NCBI GenBank assembly: GCA_965249275.1
Contig: CBDFLQ010000007.1
Coordinates: 800,001 to 864,000 of the forward strand
Direction: 5' to 3'
Source: Dehalococcoidia bacterium
GTDB taxonomy: Bacteria; Chloroflexota; Dehalococcoidia; Plut-88900
Length of the DNA stretch: 64,000 nt
Notes under the pieces: model-generated
Database searches by the model: none
Told to the model about the DNA's origin: nothing
Seen by the model: only the letters and a program-made list of their open reading frames with translations
Made by a program: the position numbers and the translations under genes
Shown: positions 27,483 through 37,614 of the stretch, piece by piece
Layout of the letters: each line of letters starts with the position of its first letter
Numbering within the stretch: position 1 is the stretch's first letter

Positions 27483-27842
27483 CTATTCTAGGATTTCGGT
27501 TTCCATAGGCGGGTTGATGGATATGTGGGCGAAGGAGGAGTGCTTGGTGGCCCCATGCCAGTGGACCTCTCCCGGTGGGACGTGGATGACCATGCCGGGT
27601 GTCATTACCTGTTCCTCTTCCCGGGTAGCAACGATGCCTTCGCCCTCGGTGGCGAGGAGGACCTGATCGTTGGTGTGGGTGTGGAACTTGGTACGGGCGC
27701 CGGCGGCGAAGTAGACATGGAGCATGCCGAGGGAGTCGGTGTGGTCCTTGCTGATCAAGGGTTGGGTGCGGACCTCACCACCAGTGAATATGGGCATGGA
27801 ACTGATTGCTTTGTCGATTTTGGCAGGGTCGATGACGTTCAT
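27483..27842 (-). CDS. Cupin domain protein
   Basis: FAAGARTKFHTH..DQ, PPGEVHWHGA; ATG at 27842 after GGAGG. Confidence 0.85.
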   Translation of the reverse strand: MNVIDPAKIDKAISSMPIFTGGEVRTQPLISKDHTDSLGMLHVYFAAGARTKFHTHTNDQVLLATEGEGIVATREEEQVMTPGMVIHVPPGEVHWHGATKHSSFAHISINPPMETEILE

Positions 27843-28037
27843 GTTTCCTCCGGTAAGGCAGGAGATGTGGATTAGTTTGATGATAACATACCACAAGCCT
27901 TGATCGTTCTTAGGGCTCTTGAAATTGCTCGACGAGAACTGAGAGAGATGACCCTTTCGATAGGTATCTCTCTACATTGACTTTGAACATGGGGCAGGGA
28001 CAGAATGTCGGGGAATTGGAATTGGGGGTAGTTTGAA

Positions 28038-28253
28038 ATGGTGGGTAAGCAGTCTCGAGGGTATAACGAGAAGCTAACCAGGGAGGACGTGGCCCGGTTA
28101 GCCCAACTCAGGGGCTTGCCGGTTGAAGAGTCGGACCTGGACGAGATCAGATACCGCCTTAACGCGCTCAGCGACGCCCTCGCCGCTCTCGTTGACCCGG
28201 AACTGGACTCGACCGATCCTTTGCCTATTCTGTTGGACAGGGAGGGGGCTTAA
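28038..28253 (+). CDS. Small GatC/AtzG-like amidase accessory subunit
   Basis: LTREDVARLAQLRGL...ELDSTDP resembles the GatC N-terminal helices; ends 1 nt before the amidase start. Confidence 0.6.
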   Translation: MVGKQSRGYNEKLTREDVARLAQLRGLPVEESDLDEIRYRLNALSDALAALVDPELDSTDPLPILLDREGA

Positions 28254-28254
28254 C

Positions 28255-29673
28255 TTGCCAGGAACTGACTTGATCTATCGGCCGGCGCATGAGCTTGGGT
28301 CGCTGATGCGGGAGCGTAAGTTGTCTCCTGTGGAAGTGGTGGACGCGTATCTAGAGCGCATTGAAGCTATAGACTCAAAGGTGAGGGCGTATATCACTGT
28401 GTGTGGTGACGAGGCTCGTACGCAGGCTCGGGAGGCGGAGGCGGCCATTTCGAAAGGCAACTACATCGGGCCGATGCACGGGATACCGGTGGCGGTGAAG
28501 GACCAGTTCGACACGAACGGCATAAAGACTACGATGGGGTCTCGTATCTTTTCTGAAAACGTGCCGGATGGAGACTCTACGGTGGTCACCAAGCTGCGAG
28601 AGTCGGGGTCTATCCTGCTCGGCAAGCTGAACATGACCGAGTTCGCTTTCGGGGACACGCGAGAGTACGTGTTTGGCACTCCGAGGAATCCGTGGAACCT
28701 GGACAGAAGTCCGGGGATGTCCAGCAGCGGATCGGGGATAGCAGTGGCGGCCGGGATGACAGCGGTGGCCATTGGAGAGGACACGGGGGGCTCGGTTAGA
28801 TATCCGGCTTCCATGTGCGGGATAGTCGGATTGAGGCCAACTACCGGCAGGATAAGCCGGTACCGGGTGTTCCCGATGTGCTGGTCCATGGACATTGCGG
28901 GGCCGATGGCGCGTACGGTCCGGGACTGTGCCGACCTTCTCTCCGTAATAGCGGGGCGCGACCCCCAAGACCCGATGACGAGTCCTCGATCCGTAGATGA
29001 CTACTCATCGGGGTTGGATGCCGGGGTGAAGGGGCTGAAGGTCGGGTTTCTGCCTCAGCTGATTGATATGGACGGGATCGACCCCGACACCCGGGACGCG
29101 GTGAACGCCACGCGGGAGGTGTTCAAGGGGCTGGGGGCGGAGGTGGTCGACATTAATATACCGATGCTGGAACTGGCAGGGCCAATATATATAGCAATAG
29201 GTGACTCCGACGCTGCAGACTCCCATGAGTCTTTGCTGAGGGAACGGCACCGGGACTACGACGTCGCCACTCGTACCCGGCTAATGGCGGCCAGCCTGAT
29301 ACCGGCTTCGTTGTACCATCGGGCGCAGAGGGCGAGGGAGCTGCTGAGACGGCTGCTAATCAAGGCTTTAGGAGAGGTGGACGTGCTGGTCAGTCCGGTG
29401 GTCGCGACTGCTCCCCCGGAGATTAACGAGGTAAAGCGAGTTTTTGTGAGCGAGGCGGACGTCCGGGAGCGGATATTCGGGGCACGGGGCATGACTACCC
29501 CCTACAACCTGGCAGGACTTCCCGCTATTTCAATACCGTGCGGGTTTTCAAGGGACAGACTGCCCATCGGGTTGCAGATTGCGGGGAGAGCTTTCGACGA
29601 GGCAACGGTGTTGAGGGTATCAGCGGCATACGAAGGCGCAACCGACTGGCACAAGCAGGTTCCGCCCATTTAG
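28255..29673 (+). CDS. Amidase signature family enzyme
   Basis: HGIPVAVKD, GKLNMTEFA, NPW, SPGMSSSGS, GEDTGGSVRYPA, YNLAGLPAIS; TTG start after GGAGG. Confidence 0.92.
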   Translation: MPGTDLIYRPAHELGSLMRERKLSPVEVVDAYLERIEAIDSKVRAYITVCGDEARTQAREAEAAISKGNYIGPMHGIPVAVKDQFDTNGIKTTMGSRIFSENVPDGDSTVVTKLRESGSILLGKLNMTEFAFGDTREYVFGTPRNPWNLDRSPGMSSSGSGIAVAAGMTAVAIGEDTGGSVRYPASMCGIVGLRPTTGRISRYRVFPMCWSMDIAGPMARTVRDCADLLSVIAGRDPQDPMTSPRSVDDYSSGLDAGVKGLKVGFLPQLIDMDGIDPDTRDAVNATREVFKGLGAEVVDINIPMLELAGPIYIAIGDSDAADSHESLLRERHRDYDVATRTRLMAASLIPASLYHRAQRARELLRRLLIKALGEVDVLVSPVVATAPPEINEVKRVFVSEADVRERIFGARGMTTPYNLAGLPAISIPCGFSRDRLPIGLQIAGRAFDEATVLRVSAAYEGATDWHKQVPPI

Positions 29674-29692
29674 GCATAACGCGTTGATAAAG

Positions 29693-29730
29693 AAACGGGC
29701 GGGTCAGCCTTGGGCTTGACCCGCCCGTTT
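29693..29730. terminator. Hairpin between convergent genes
   Basis: aaacgggcgggtca...tgacccgcccgttt perfect 14-bp stem. Confidence 0.75.
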
Positions 29731-29747
29731 ACGTTCTGAAGAAAGGC

Positions 29748-30884
29748 TTAGCTGCCGTTGGAGAAACGGTAGAGCTTGGCGGCGGTGTCCCGGATGATCT
29801 TCATTCGCTTGACGTCGTCCTTGAGGCCCTTGAGGTTGTTTTTGATGGTCTCCTGGGAGTCGGGCCAGACGCCGTCTGGGTGGGGGTAGTCGGAACCCCA
29901 CATGACGTTGTCTTCACCAATGAAGTCGATCATGTCTCCGGCGAAGGCTTCCTTTTGGAAGGTGGAATAGCCTTGGCGTCGCCAGTAATCGCTGGGAATC
30001 ATCGAGAGCGAGGCGTCGCCCTCATCCTCGTGGTCCATGCGGTCTAGGACGTAGGGAATCCAGGTAACGCCGCATTCACCAAGGACAAACTTGAGGTTGG
30101 GGAATCGTTCGCAGGCGCCCGAAAGGACCATGCTTGCGAGGATTTCGGCGCCGGAGAGCTGGAACGTAACCATGTTGATGACACGGTGGGTCAACGCGTA
30201 GAGCTCGGCGTCTCCGGGTTCCGGGGGCCTGGGATACAGGCCCGTGGTGTGGAAGGATAAGGAGATTTCGCATTCGGCGGCGGCCTCCCAGAGGACGTCC
30301 CAATCGCTGTAGTACATGGGCTTGACGGCAGTCCCGACACCGAACTCCACGCCTACGAGTCCCATGGCGGCGGCCCTGCGAAGCTCATCAGCGGCGGCCT
30401 GGGGGTCGTGGTTGGGGAGACAGGCGAGACCGCGGAGCCTATCCGGGCGCTTGCTTGTGAAGTCGGCGATCCAATCGTTGTAGACACGATATACGGAGGC
30501 AACGAGCTCCTGGTCTTTTAGTTTGGCGGCAACGGCGAACATGCCGTAGATGACCTCGGCGTCGACGCCGTCCATGTCCTGGTCTTTAATCCTAAGGTCG
30601 AGGTCGGTGGGGTGGTACCGGCCCTCAGCGGCGTCCTGGATGAAGCCGGTTGCGTCCATCTTGTCGACACGGGTCCTCATGCCGGGGTTATAAGTGCCGA
30701 CCTTGCTGAAGTGTCCGACGTCTTCCAGGTAGGTGCCATCGGCCCACCACTGATTGATGCCGTCCCGGGACTCGACCCTGGGGACTCGGTCCGCATACTG
30801 GGATGGGGCCTGGGAGGTAAATAGGTCCCAGGGCAGGTAGCCGAGGTCCACGTGAGAGTCCGCGGAGATTATGTTGTATTGCAT
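29748..30884 (-). CDS. Amidohydrolase family 2 protein
   Basis: ISADSH, DQDMDGVDAEVIY, YNDW, LSFH, FVLGE, MWGSDYPHPD. Confidence 0.9.
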   Translation of the reverse strand: MQYNIISADSHVDLGYLPWDLFTSQAPSQYADRVPRVESRDGINQWWADGTYLEDVGHFSKVGTYNPGMRTRVDKMDATGFIQDAAEGRYHPTDLDLRIKDQDMDGVDAEVIYGMFAVAAKLKDQELVASVYRVYNDWIADFTSKRPDRLRGLACLPNHDPQAAADELRRAAAMGLVGVEFGVGTAVKPMYYSDWDVLWEAAAECEISLSFHTTGLYPRPPEPGDAELYALTHRVINMVTFQLSGAEILASMVLSGACERFPNLKFVLGECGVTWIPYVLDRMDHEDEGDASLSMIPSDYWRRQGYSTFQKEAFAGDMIDFIGEDNVMWGSDYPHPDGVWPDSQETIKNNLKGLKDDVKRMKIIRDTAAKLYRFSNGS

Positions 30885-30992
30885 TGTCCCCTCCTATGGG
30901 TATGCGCACGCCAGTCTTATTGAGGGGAGGATAGCACCGAGGGGGATTAAGTCAAGGTGGGGGAAAGGGTCCAGAATGACGGAAAAGGAGAG

Positions 30993-31712
30993 TTAGCCGA
31001 AGCCGATGCCTTGCTCTTTTAGGCTGACGAACTTTTTTTCGTCGGGGTGGCCGATGATTACGTGGTCCAGGACGTCTATGCCGAGAAGGTTGCCGGCCTT
31101 GACGAGGTCGGTGGTGACGGCCCTGTCCTGGGAACTGGGGGTCGGGTTACCGGAAGGATGGTTGTGTACGACAACGATGGAGGTGGCGTTGGCCTTTACG
31201 GCAGCCCTGAACACTTCCGAGGCCCTGATCTGGGAGGAATTTACGTTGCCTATGTAGACTTCGTGGACTTCCATGACCCGGTTCTTGGTGTCAAGAAGGA
31301 CTACTTTCAGATGTTCCTGGGTGAATAGGCTCATCTCGTCTCCAAGGATTTCGAAAACATCCTCCGGATTTTCGATGCGCCGCTTGTCCAGTCGTGGGTC
31401 ATTGCGAAGGCGTTGGCCGAGTTCCAGTCCTGCCATAATCTGTGAGGCCTTGGCTTTGCCAATTCCGTCGAGCTGGGTTAGTTCACTGAAGGTGGCTCGG
31501 GCCAGTCCCCGCAACGTGCCATATTTGGAGATAACGCGCTTAGCCATGTCCAGAGCGCTTTCCCGATTGTTGCCGGTGCGCAACAGGATGGCAATTAGCT
31601 CCGCGTGGCCAAGGTTTTGCGCCCCGTAATTCTGGAGCCGCTCTCGAGGCCTTTCGTCCGAGGGCATCTCGGATATGCGAAGGGTGTAACGAGGTTGGGG
31701 TTCTTCCGGCAT
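30993..31712 (-). CDS. radC: RadC family JAB-domain protein
   Basis: ERPRERL, ELIAILLRTG, GIGKAKA HhH, HNHPSG...DVLDH. Confidence 0.95.
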   Translation of the reverse strand: MPEEPQPRYTLRISEMPSDERPRERLQNYGAQNLGHAELIAILLRTGNNRESALDMAKRVISKYGTLRGLARATFSELTQLDGIGKAKASQIMAGLELGQRLRNDPRLDKRRIENPEDVFEILGDEMSLFTQEHLKVVLLDTKNRVMEVHEVYIGNVNSSQIRASEVFRAAVKANATSIVVVHNHPSGNPTPSSQDRAVTTDLVKAGNLLGIDVLDHVIIGHPDEKKFVSLKEQGIGFG

Positions 31713-31851
31713 TTTAAGGCTTTAGCGTCCCGATAACGCGGGGGCACTTTAAGAAGCCATAGCATGCCTAGATAGTCTTAATGTGTCAACTTTGGATTCC
31801 CGATTTGTCGGGAATGCCAATTATGCAATGGTCTCATAGTAGAAGTCCGGG

Positions 31852-34299
31852 TCAGCTCTTCAGCTTGACCATCTCCGGGTCGTAGAGGGGTTCCCGGGAG
31901 ACGGTGGCGTCAAGAAGCTCGCCAAAGTATTCAATCTGGACCTTTGTCCCTACCTCGGCGTGTTCGATTGGGAGATAGCCGTAGGCGACGCCCCTGCCGA
32001 TGCTGTAGCCGTAGTTAGCGCTGGTTACGAACCCCGTGGGTCGGCCATTGATGAGGATGGGTTCGTTGCCCATCACGACCTTGGAGGGATCATCGATGGT
32101 CATGCAGCAGAGCTTTTGGGAGAGTCCAGCTTCTCGGGCTTGGACCAGGGCGTCGCGTCCCAGGAAGGTGCCCTTTTTCATTCTGACGGCGAAGCCAATG
32201 CCGGCTTCGTAGGGGTTGTACTCAGTGCTGATGTCGGAGCCCCAAAGACGGTAGCCTTTCTCGATACGAAGAGAGTCGAAGGCGGCGGCCCCCATTGCGG
32301 TGACTCCGAGAGGCTGGCCAGCCTCCCAGAGGAGGTCCCATAGGCGCAGGCCAAATTCGGTCGAGCAGTAGACCTCCCAACCGAGCTCACCGGCGTAAGA
32401 GATGCGGAAAGCGAGGCAGGGCACGTCTCCGAAAGTTACCTCCTGTCCAGTCAGGTAAGGGAAAGCCTCGTTGGAGAGGTCGTGGGATGTGACGAACTGG
32501 GCCAGGTCTCGAGCCCTGGGGCCCCAGAGGCCGATGCAGCAGAGGGAGGAGGAGATGTCGGTGAGGGATACTGAGCCGTCGTCGGGGAGGTGGGACTGGA
32601 TCCAAGCCAGATCATGGGGTGCGAAGGAGCCTCCGGTGACGATTAGGAACCGATCTTCAGCAAGGCGGGTGATAGTGAGGTCACACTTGATCTTGCCCTG
32701 CTTGTTGAGTAGTGACGTGTAGGTGACGCGTCCGACGGGTCGGTCCATCTGGTTACTGGAGATCCAGTTGAGGGTATCGAGGGCTCCGGGGCCCTTGATC
32801 TCGAACTTGGCGAAGCCGGTCTGATCGATCATGACGACGCGCTCGCGGGCGGCTCGATGCTCGGCATAGACTATCGGCGACCAATTTTGGGCCTCCCAGC
32901 CCTCGCGGTGAGGTGCGGGATCAACGTCCAGGAGTTTTTCGTTGGCGGCGTACCACTGTGGACGCTCCCAACCTGCCACCTCGAAGAACTGAGCACCGAG
33001 TTCCTGCTGCCTTGGGTAGAAGGGGCTCAGGCGGATTCGACGGGGGTCCTCCATTTGCTGGAGGGGGTGGACGATATCGTAGACTTCCCGGTATTGCTGG
33101 GCTGAGCGGGTCTTGACGTAGGAGTCTGCGGACATGTGGGGGTGGAACCGGGTGAGGTCCGCTTCGTGGGGGTCGAATTCGGGTGAGCCGTAGACCATCC
33201 ACTCGGCAAGGGTCTTGCCTATGCCCCCGGCGTGGGCTACCCAGACTGCCTGGGCTAGCCAGAAACCCTTGACGTCGGGTGCCTCGCCCAGGAGGGGCAT
33301 GCCGTCAGTGGTGAAGGAGAACATGCCGTTGATGGGTTCGAAGATCGGGTTGTCGGCAAGGCCGGGCATGAGCTCGTCGATGGCGAGTAGGGAGTCGACG
33401 AAGAGCTCGAGATTGAAGGGCATAACGGCAGGCGTGACCCTGGCCATTTCGTAGGGGACGATGTCGTCGGCATTCACAAGGATTGGCTCATTCTGGTAGG
33501 TGCCGACCTCCATGTATTCGAAATACTCCCGTGCGTACATGGAAAAGTCCTGGTGCCGGACGCCGGGCCGGGTGATCTCCTTCGTGTGTCCGGCAAGCTC
33601 CGGTAGCGGCCCGATCTTCACAAGGGGGTGCTGCATGGGGTAGTAGGGGATTGGGACGCCGACCATACGCCCGAGTCTCGGACCCCATATGCCGCCACAG
33701 GCGACTACGTGCTCAGCCCTAATATTGCCTTTGTTGGTGACGACGGTGTCGACGCGGCCGTCCCGGGTCTCGATGTCTGTAACCTGGGTCTCGCTATAGA
33801 ATTTTGCTCCAAGAGCTTTGGCCGCGTTGGACATGGCCTCGTCGGCGCGTACGCCTTTGACCAGGCCATCGGTCGGGTTGTACATGGCCCCCAGGATGTT
33901 TTCGGAGAGGAGGGGGAATATGTCCCGAGCCTCCTTGGCAGAAATTACCTCAGCCTCGAGGCCCCAGGACTTGCCAAAGCCGACCTTGCGCTTGAGCTCC
34001 TGCAGGCGCTCGGGAGTCCAGGCGACCTCCAGCCCGCCGACCTCGTAGAAGGGGCACTGTCCATCGACCTCAAGGGATTTGAAAAGCTCTACGGAGTACT
34101 TGGCCGTCTCCGAGTAGAACTTGGAGGGGTTTATCTGGAAGATGAAGGCGGGGGCGTGGGAGGTGGAGCCTCCCGTGTCGGGGAGTGGGCCCTGATCAAG
34201 AACGACGATGTCCGTCCAGCCCAGCTTGGCTAGGTGGTACGCGACGCTGCAACCGGCAATGCCGGCCCCGATAATCACAACTCTAGCGTGGTCTATCAT
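31852..34299 (-). CDS. GcvT-family FAD-dependent oxidoreductase (dimethylglycine/sarcosine dehydrogenase-like)
   Basis: IIGAGIAG, GGSTSHA, GWERPQWY, RISYAGELGWE, SLRIEKGY; likely ATG at 34299. Confidence 0.92.
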   Translation of the reverse strand: MIDHARVVIIGAGIAGCSVAYHLAKLGWTDIVVLDQGPLPDTGGSTSHAPAFIFQINPSKFYSETAKYSVELFKSLEVDGQCPFYEVGGLEVAWTPERLQELKRKVGFGKSWGLEAEVISAKEARDIFPLLSENILGAMYNPTDGLVKGVRADEAMSNAAKALGAKFYSETQVTDIETRDGRVDTVVTNKGNIRAEHVVACGGIWGPRLGRMVGVPIPYYPMQHPLVKIGPLPELAGHTKEITRPGVRHQDFSMYAREYFEYMEVGTYQNEPILVNADDIVPYEMARVTPAVMPFNLELFVDSLLAIDELMPGLADNPIFEPINGMFSFTTDGMPLLGEAPDVKGFWLAQAVWVAHAGGIGKTLAEWMVYGSPEFDPHEADLTRFHPHMSADSYVKTRSAQQYREVYDIVHPLQQMEDPRRIRLSPFYPRQQELGAQFFEVAGWERPQWYAANEKLLDVDPAPHREGWEAQNWSPIVYAEHRAARERVVMIDQTGFAKFEIKGPGALDTLNWISSNQMDRPVGRVTYTSLLNKQGKIKCDLTITRLAEDRFLIVTGGSFAPHDLAWIQSHLPDDGSVSLTDISSSLCCIGLWGPRARDLAQFVTSHDLSNEAFPYLTGQEVTFGDVPCLAFRISYAGELGWEVYCSTEFGLRLWDLLWEAGQPLGVTAMGAAAFDSLRIEKGYRLWGSDISTEYNPYEAGIGFAVRMKKGTFLGRDALVQAREAGLSQKLCCMTIDDPSKVVMGNEPILINGRPTGFVTSANYGYSIGRGVAYGYLPIEHAEVGTKVQIEYFGELLDATVSREPLYDPEMVKLKS

Positions 34300-34494
34300 C
34301 GGCTCAGGCCCCTTTGTGTTACTGGTTTGTAGATTAAGCTGTGCAATTTTAACAAGGGTGGGGACGCGAGTCGACAAAATGGGAATGGGGGTGTGGTACA
34401 TTAGCGCGATGAGCAGTGTAATTGCGTTTGGCGCAGTACGAACGCGCTCCAGTTTTGCTGTTTATTGCCTCAACCGCACCATGCGTGGCAGCGC

Positions 34495-35760
34495 ATGGTA
34501 AGCGTAGCCGCGCCGACAGTGGCGCCGGAACGGGGGGAGGAAGGGTGGGGGGTGCTGGTCTACTTCACCGTGGGGCTCGCCTCGGTGCTGGTAGCGACAA
34601 CGTCGCTGGGGCTGTTCCTGCCGGACATCATCGACGACCTCGACTTATCGCCGGCAGAACAGGGGTGGCTTGGATCGTCCTTGCTTTTGGCGAACGTAGT
34701 TTTCTCGATACCAATGAACTGGTGGGTGTCGAGGTTCAGGCCCTGGAGGACGGCGGCGGTGGGGTTCTTGGCGGCATCAGGACTGATCGCCATGGCGGGA
34801 GGGGCGCCGGGGTTCGGAGCCCTGCTGCTGGCTCGGATAGGGCTGGGCATGGTCTTACAGGCGTGCCAATCTCCGCGGAACATCCTGATAATCCAGTGGA
34901 TTTCCAAGCGTCGGTTCGGGCTGGCAAACGGCTTCTCCATCTCTATAGTCGACATACTGATGGGGACCGGCACCGTATTGATCCCATTCATGCTCGGCTG
35001 GCTGGGCGGCTGGCGGCAGACGATGTTCGTGTGGTCCGGTGTAGTGCTTGCGGCAGCGTTTTTGTGGATAGCGCTCGGGAAGGACAAGGGTCGGCCTGAG
35101 CTCCAAGGGGGAGGGGAAGAGAACAATGGAACGCCGATACGGAGCATCCTCAAGTATCGGGAGGTGTGGTTAATCTGCCTGGGCATGTTCGGGATGCTAC
35201 TAGCCCGGCTGGCGTTCGGGAACTTCTGGCCCCGATTCGTGGGAGAGGAATATGGAATAGACGTAAGAACGGCGGGAGTACTCATGGGGATCGGGACTTT
35301 TGCCATGGCGCCTGCAGAATTGGGCGTGGTCGCGTTTCCCTTTTTCTCACGACACACTACTTTGGTGCTGACGGTGTGCGGGGTGGGACAGGCCCTCGCG
35401 TACATCGGCCTGATATCGACAGACTCGTTTACCCTATTAGTGTTGCTCTGGATATTCGGCGGGGTGATGTTCAGCTTCTTCCCGATATTGATGACACAGG
35501 TGTTCAACCTGCCCGGTATCACCCCGAGGGAGGTGGCTGTGGCATCGGCGACGGTGTTCACTGCCCTGTGGGGTGGCGGGGCGGTGGGACCAATACTGGT
35601 GGGATCCGTAGAACAGAGTACAGGGGACCTGGGACTGGGACTATTCATCAGTGCATTCGCGCCCCTGACGCTGGTAGCCACGGCCCTCCTGCTGGCAGGA
35701 TACAGACGGGAAAGGCCGGTAACCGGGAAAGCTGATAGGATGGGACGCCTAAGACGATAA
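34495..35760 (+). CDS. MFS transporter
   Basis: About 12 TM segments, DLDLSPAEQGW, LLLARIGLG; start uncertain (34465 or 34495). Confidence 0.82.
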   Translation: MVSVAAPTVAPERGEEGWGVLVYFTVGLASVLVATTSLGLFLPDIIDDLDLSPAEQGWLGSSLLLANVVFSIPMNWWVSRFRPWRTAAVGFLAASGLIAMAGGAPGFGALLLARIGLGMVLQACQSPRNILIIQWISKRRFGLANGFSISIVDILMGTGTVLIPFMLGWLGGWRQTMFVWSGVVLAAAFLWIALGKDKGRPELQGGGEENNGTPIRSILKYREVWLICLGMFGMLLARLAFGNFWPRFVGEEYGIDVRTAGVLMGIGTFAMAPAELGVVAFPFFSRHTTLVLTVCGVGQALAYIGLISTDSFTLLVLLWIFGGVMFSFFPILMTQVFNLPGITPREVAVASATVFTALWGGGAVGPILVGSVEQSTGDLGLGLFISAFAPLTLVATALLLAGYRRERPVTGKADRMGRLRR

Positions 35761-35785
35761 AACTGGATGAAATGACACCACCGTT

Positions 35786-36646
35786 ATGTGTTTGAAGATG
35801 ATAAATGCAACTTTGAAAAGAAGCCTGGCCGGTATTGTCATCGGCTTGCTTATGGTCAGCATCGTAGCGATGGGATGTGGGGAGTCGGGTGGGGAGAAGC
35901 TGACTATAGGCGGGGACGTGCCGGAAATAGCTCAAGACGCGTCCCTGATCGACCTGGAGGCGATCCGTGGAGATTCGGAGCTGCTTAAGGAGGCGGGGGA
36001 GGTGTTGGGAGCGTTGAACCGGAGCCTGGGAAATACGGGGATTGGCAGTTCCGACTTGCGAAGTGCCGTGACATTCGTCGTAAACGACCGTCGGGTCATA
36101 CTGGTTGAGGGAGCATTCGATACAGAGGACGTAGCGAAGCGGTTGGAGGATACGGGGCACGGAGTGAGGAAGATACGGGACACGGAAGTCTGGAGCGGAG
36201 ACGCAGGGAACGTGGCGCTGATGGGGGCAGGACGTATGGCGGTGGGCTACGACTTCACGACCATGGAGACCGTACTGGTGCAATTGGAAGACGGACGTAC
36301 ACTGGACCAGGTGGGGGCAGCGAGGGAGGTGTTAGACAGGGTGCAGGGCACGACCTACATATCCCTGACAACACGATGTGAAGAAGTGGCCCCCGGATGC
36401 CGAGCCTTGGGCTTCTCGGCATCCGGGCAGGGCAGCCCAACCGGGACATTCGACCTGGTGTCGTGGTACGACACGGAAGCGGAAGCAGCGGCGGCGGAAT
36501 CAAGCCTTGCAGCCTTCTCGACCATCGAGATCCTATTCGACAGTGCCACCACCTTCACCGAAGGCCGGATGTTCACTGCCAGCGGCGAGGGTGAACTGGC
36601 CGAGATATTCCGCGGTGCAGACTCGGAGTTCAGGCTAAGGCCCTAG
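35786..36646 (+). CDS. Putative lipoprotein, unknown function
   Basis: Basic N-region, hydrophobic stretch and lipobox-like VAMGC. Confidence 0.6.
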   Translation: MCLKMINATLKRSLAGIVIGLLMVSIVAMGCGESGGEKLTIGGDVPEIAQDASLIDLEAIRGDSELLKEAGEVLGALNRSLGNTGIGSSDLRSAVTFVVNDRRVILVEGAFDTEDVAKRLEDTGHGVRKIRDTEVWSGDAGNVALMGAGRMAVGYDFTTMETVLVQLEDGRTLDQVGAAREVLDRVQGTTYISLTTRCEEVAPGCRALGFSASGQGSPTGTFDLVSWYDTEAEAAAAESSLAAFSTIEILFDSATTFTEGRMFTASGEGELAEIFRGADSEFRLRP

Positions 36647-36655
36647 GAGCGAGTC

Positions 36656-37030
36656 CTAGGCAAGCTCGACGGTGGCGCCAGCGCCCTCGAGAGTCTTTTT
36701 CACGGTCTCGGCCTCTTCCTTGGCGACGGCCTCACGAACGGCCTTCGGGGCGCTTTCGACCAGCTCTTTGGCCTCGCGCAGGCCGAGGGTGGTGACCTCT
36801 CTGACGGCCTTGATCACGTTGATCTTGTTGGGGCCGATCTCCTTGAGGACCACGTCAAACTCGGTCTTCTCTTCGACCGGAGCGGCCTCGGCTGCTGCGG
36901 GCGCGGCGGCAACGGCAACTGGGGCCGCGGCACTGACACCGAACTCTGCCTCGATGGCCTTAACGAGCTCGGAAAGCTCTAAAACGGTCATGGCCTTGAT
37001 TGATTCGAGGAGTTCTTCCTTGGTTGCCAT
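36656..37030 (-). CDS. rplL: 50S ribosomal protein L7/L12
   Basis: [37 protein letters not shown]. Confidence 0.98.
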   Translation of the reverse strand: MATKEELLESIKAMTVLELSELVKAIEAEFGVSAAAPVAVAAAPAAAEAAPVEEKTEFDVVLKEIGPNKINVIKAVREVTTLGLREAKELVESAPKAVREAVAKEEAETVKKTLEGAGATVELA

Positions 37031-37051
37031 ATCTAATCTCCTTATGACGAT

Positions 37052-37585
37052 CTAGCTTGAGGTTTCTTCTTGCAATTGGTCAACACGGGCACTGAGGGCC
37101 GTGACGAGGCCCCCTATCTGGGCGCTAAGTACGTACTGAAGGGCAGAAAGGGGAGCGAGCAGTGCGCCTGCGGTCTTGGCTATCAATTCCTGCCTGGGCG
37201 GGAGGGTAGCGAGGATACCGACCTCGTTCGAGGCGAGGGAACGGGCTCCCATGACCGCTCCCTTGACGGCCAGAATACTGCGCTCCTGCCGGATGTGGTC
37301 TATCAGTACCTTGGCGGGCTCTGTAGCCTCGCCGTATCCGAATGCGATGGCAGTGGGCCCTTCGAGAAACTGTACCAATGGTTGGGCGCCGGTCTGCTCG
37401 GCGGCCCGGCGGGCGAGGGTGTTTTTGATAACCCGGTACTCCACGCCAAACTCCCGGAGCTTACGACGCAGGGCCATCATCTCCGGCATAGCCAAGCCCC
37501 GGTAATCGGTGGCGATGGCTATGGTGCACCGACCCAGCAGATCGGCTATCTCCCGGACTTGCTGTTCTTTCTTTTCTGTGGCCAT
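37052..37585 (-). CDS. rplJ: 50S ribosomal protein L10
   Basis: DYRGL, VIKNTLARRA, GPTAIAF, LATLP. Confidence 0.97.
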   Translation of the reverse strand: MATEKKEQQVREIADLLGRCTIAIATDYRGLAMPEMMALRRKLREFGVEYRVIKNTLARRAAEQTGAQPLVQFLEGPTAIAFGYGEATEPAKVLIDHIRQERSILAVKGAVMGARSLASNEVGILATLPPRQELIAKTAGALLAPLSALQYVLSAQIGGLVTALSARVDQLQEETSS

Positions 37586-37614
37586 TAATTTACCGCCTTC
37601 AGTTTATCTTCTCT

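Noticed and set aside
30993-31712. radC as a marker of a mobile element
   Set aside because: Full-length chromosomal type with HhH region; no integrase, att repeats or cargo nearby.
34560-35681. Long antisense ORFs (e.g. 373 aa here, 316 aa at 7033-7983, 268 aa at 1697-2503)
   Set aside because: Shadow ORFs opposite well-supported genes in high-GC DNA.
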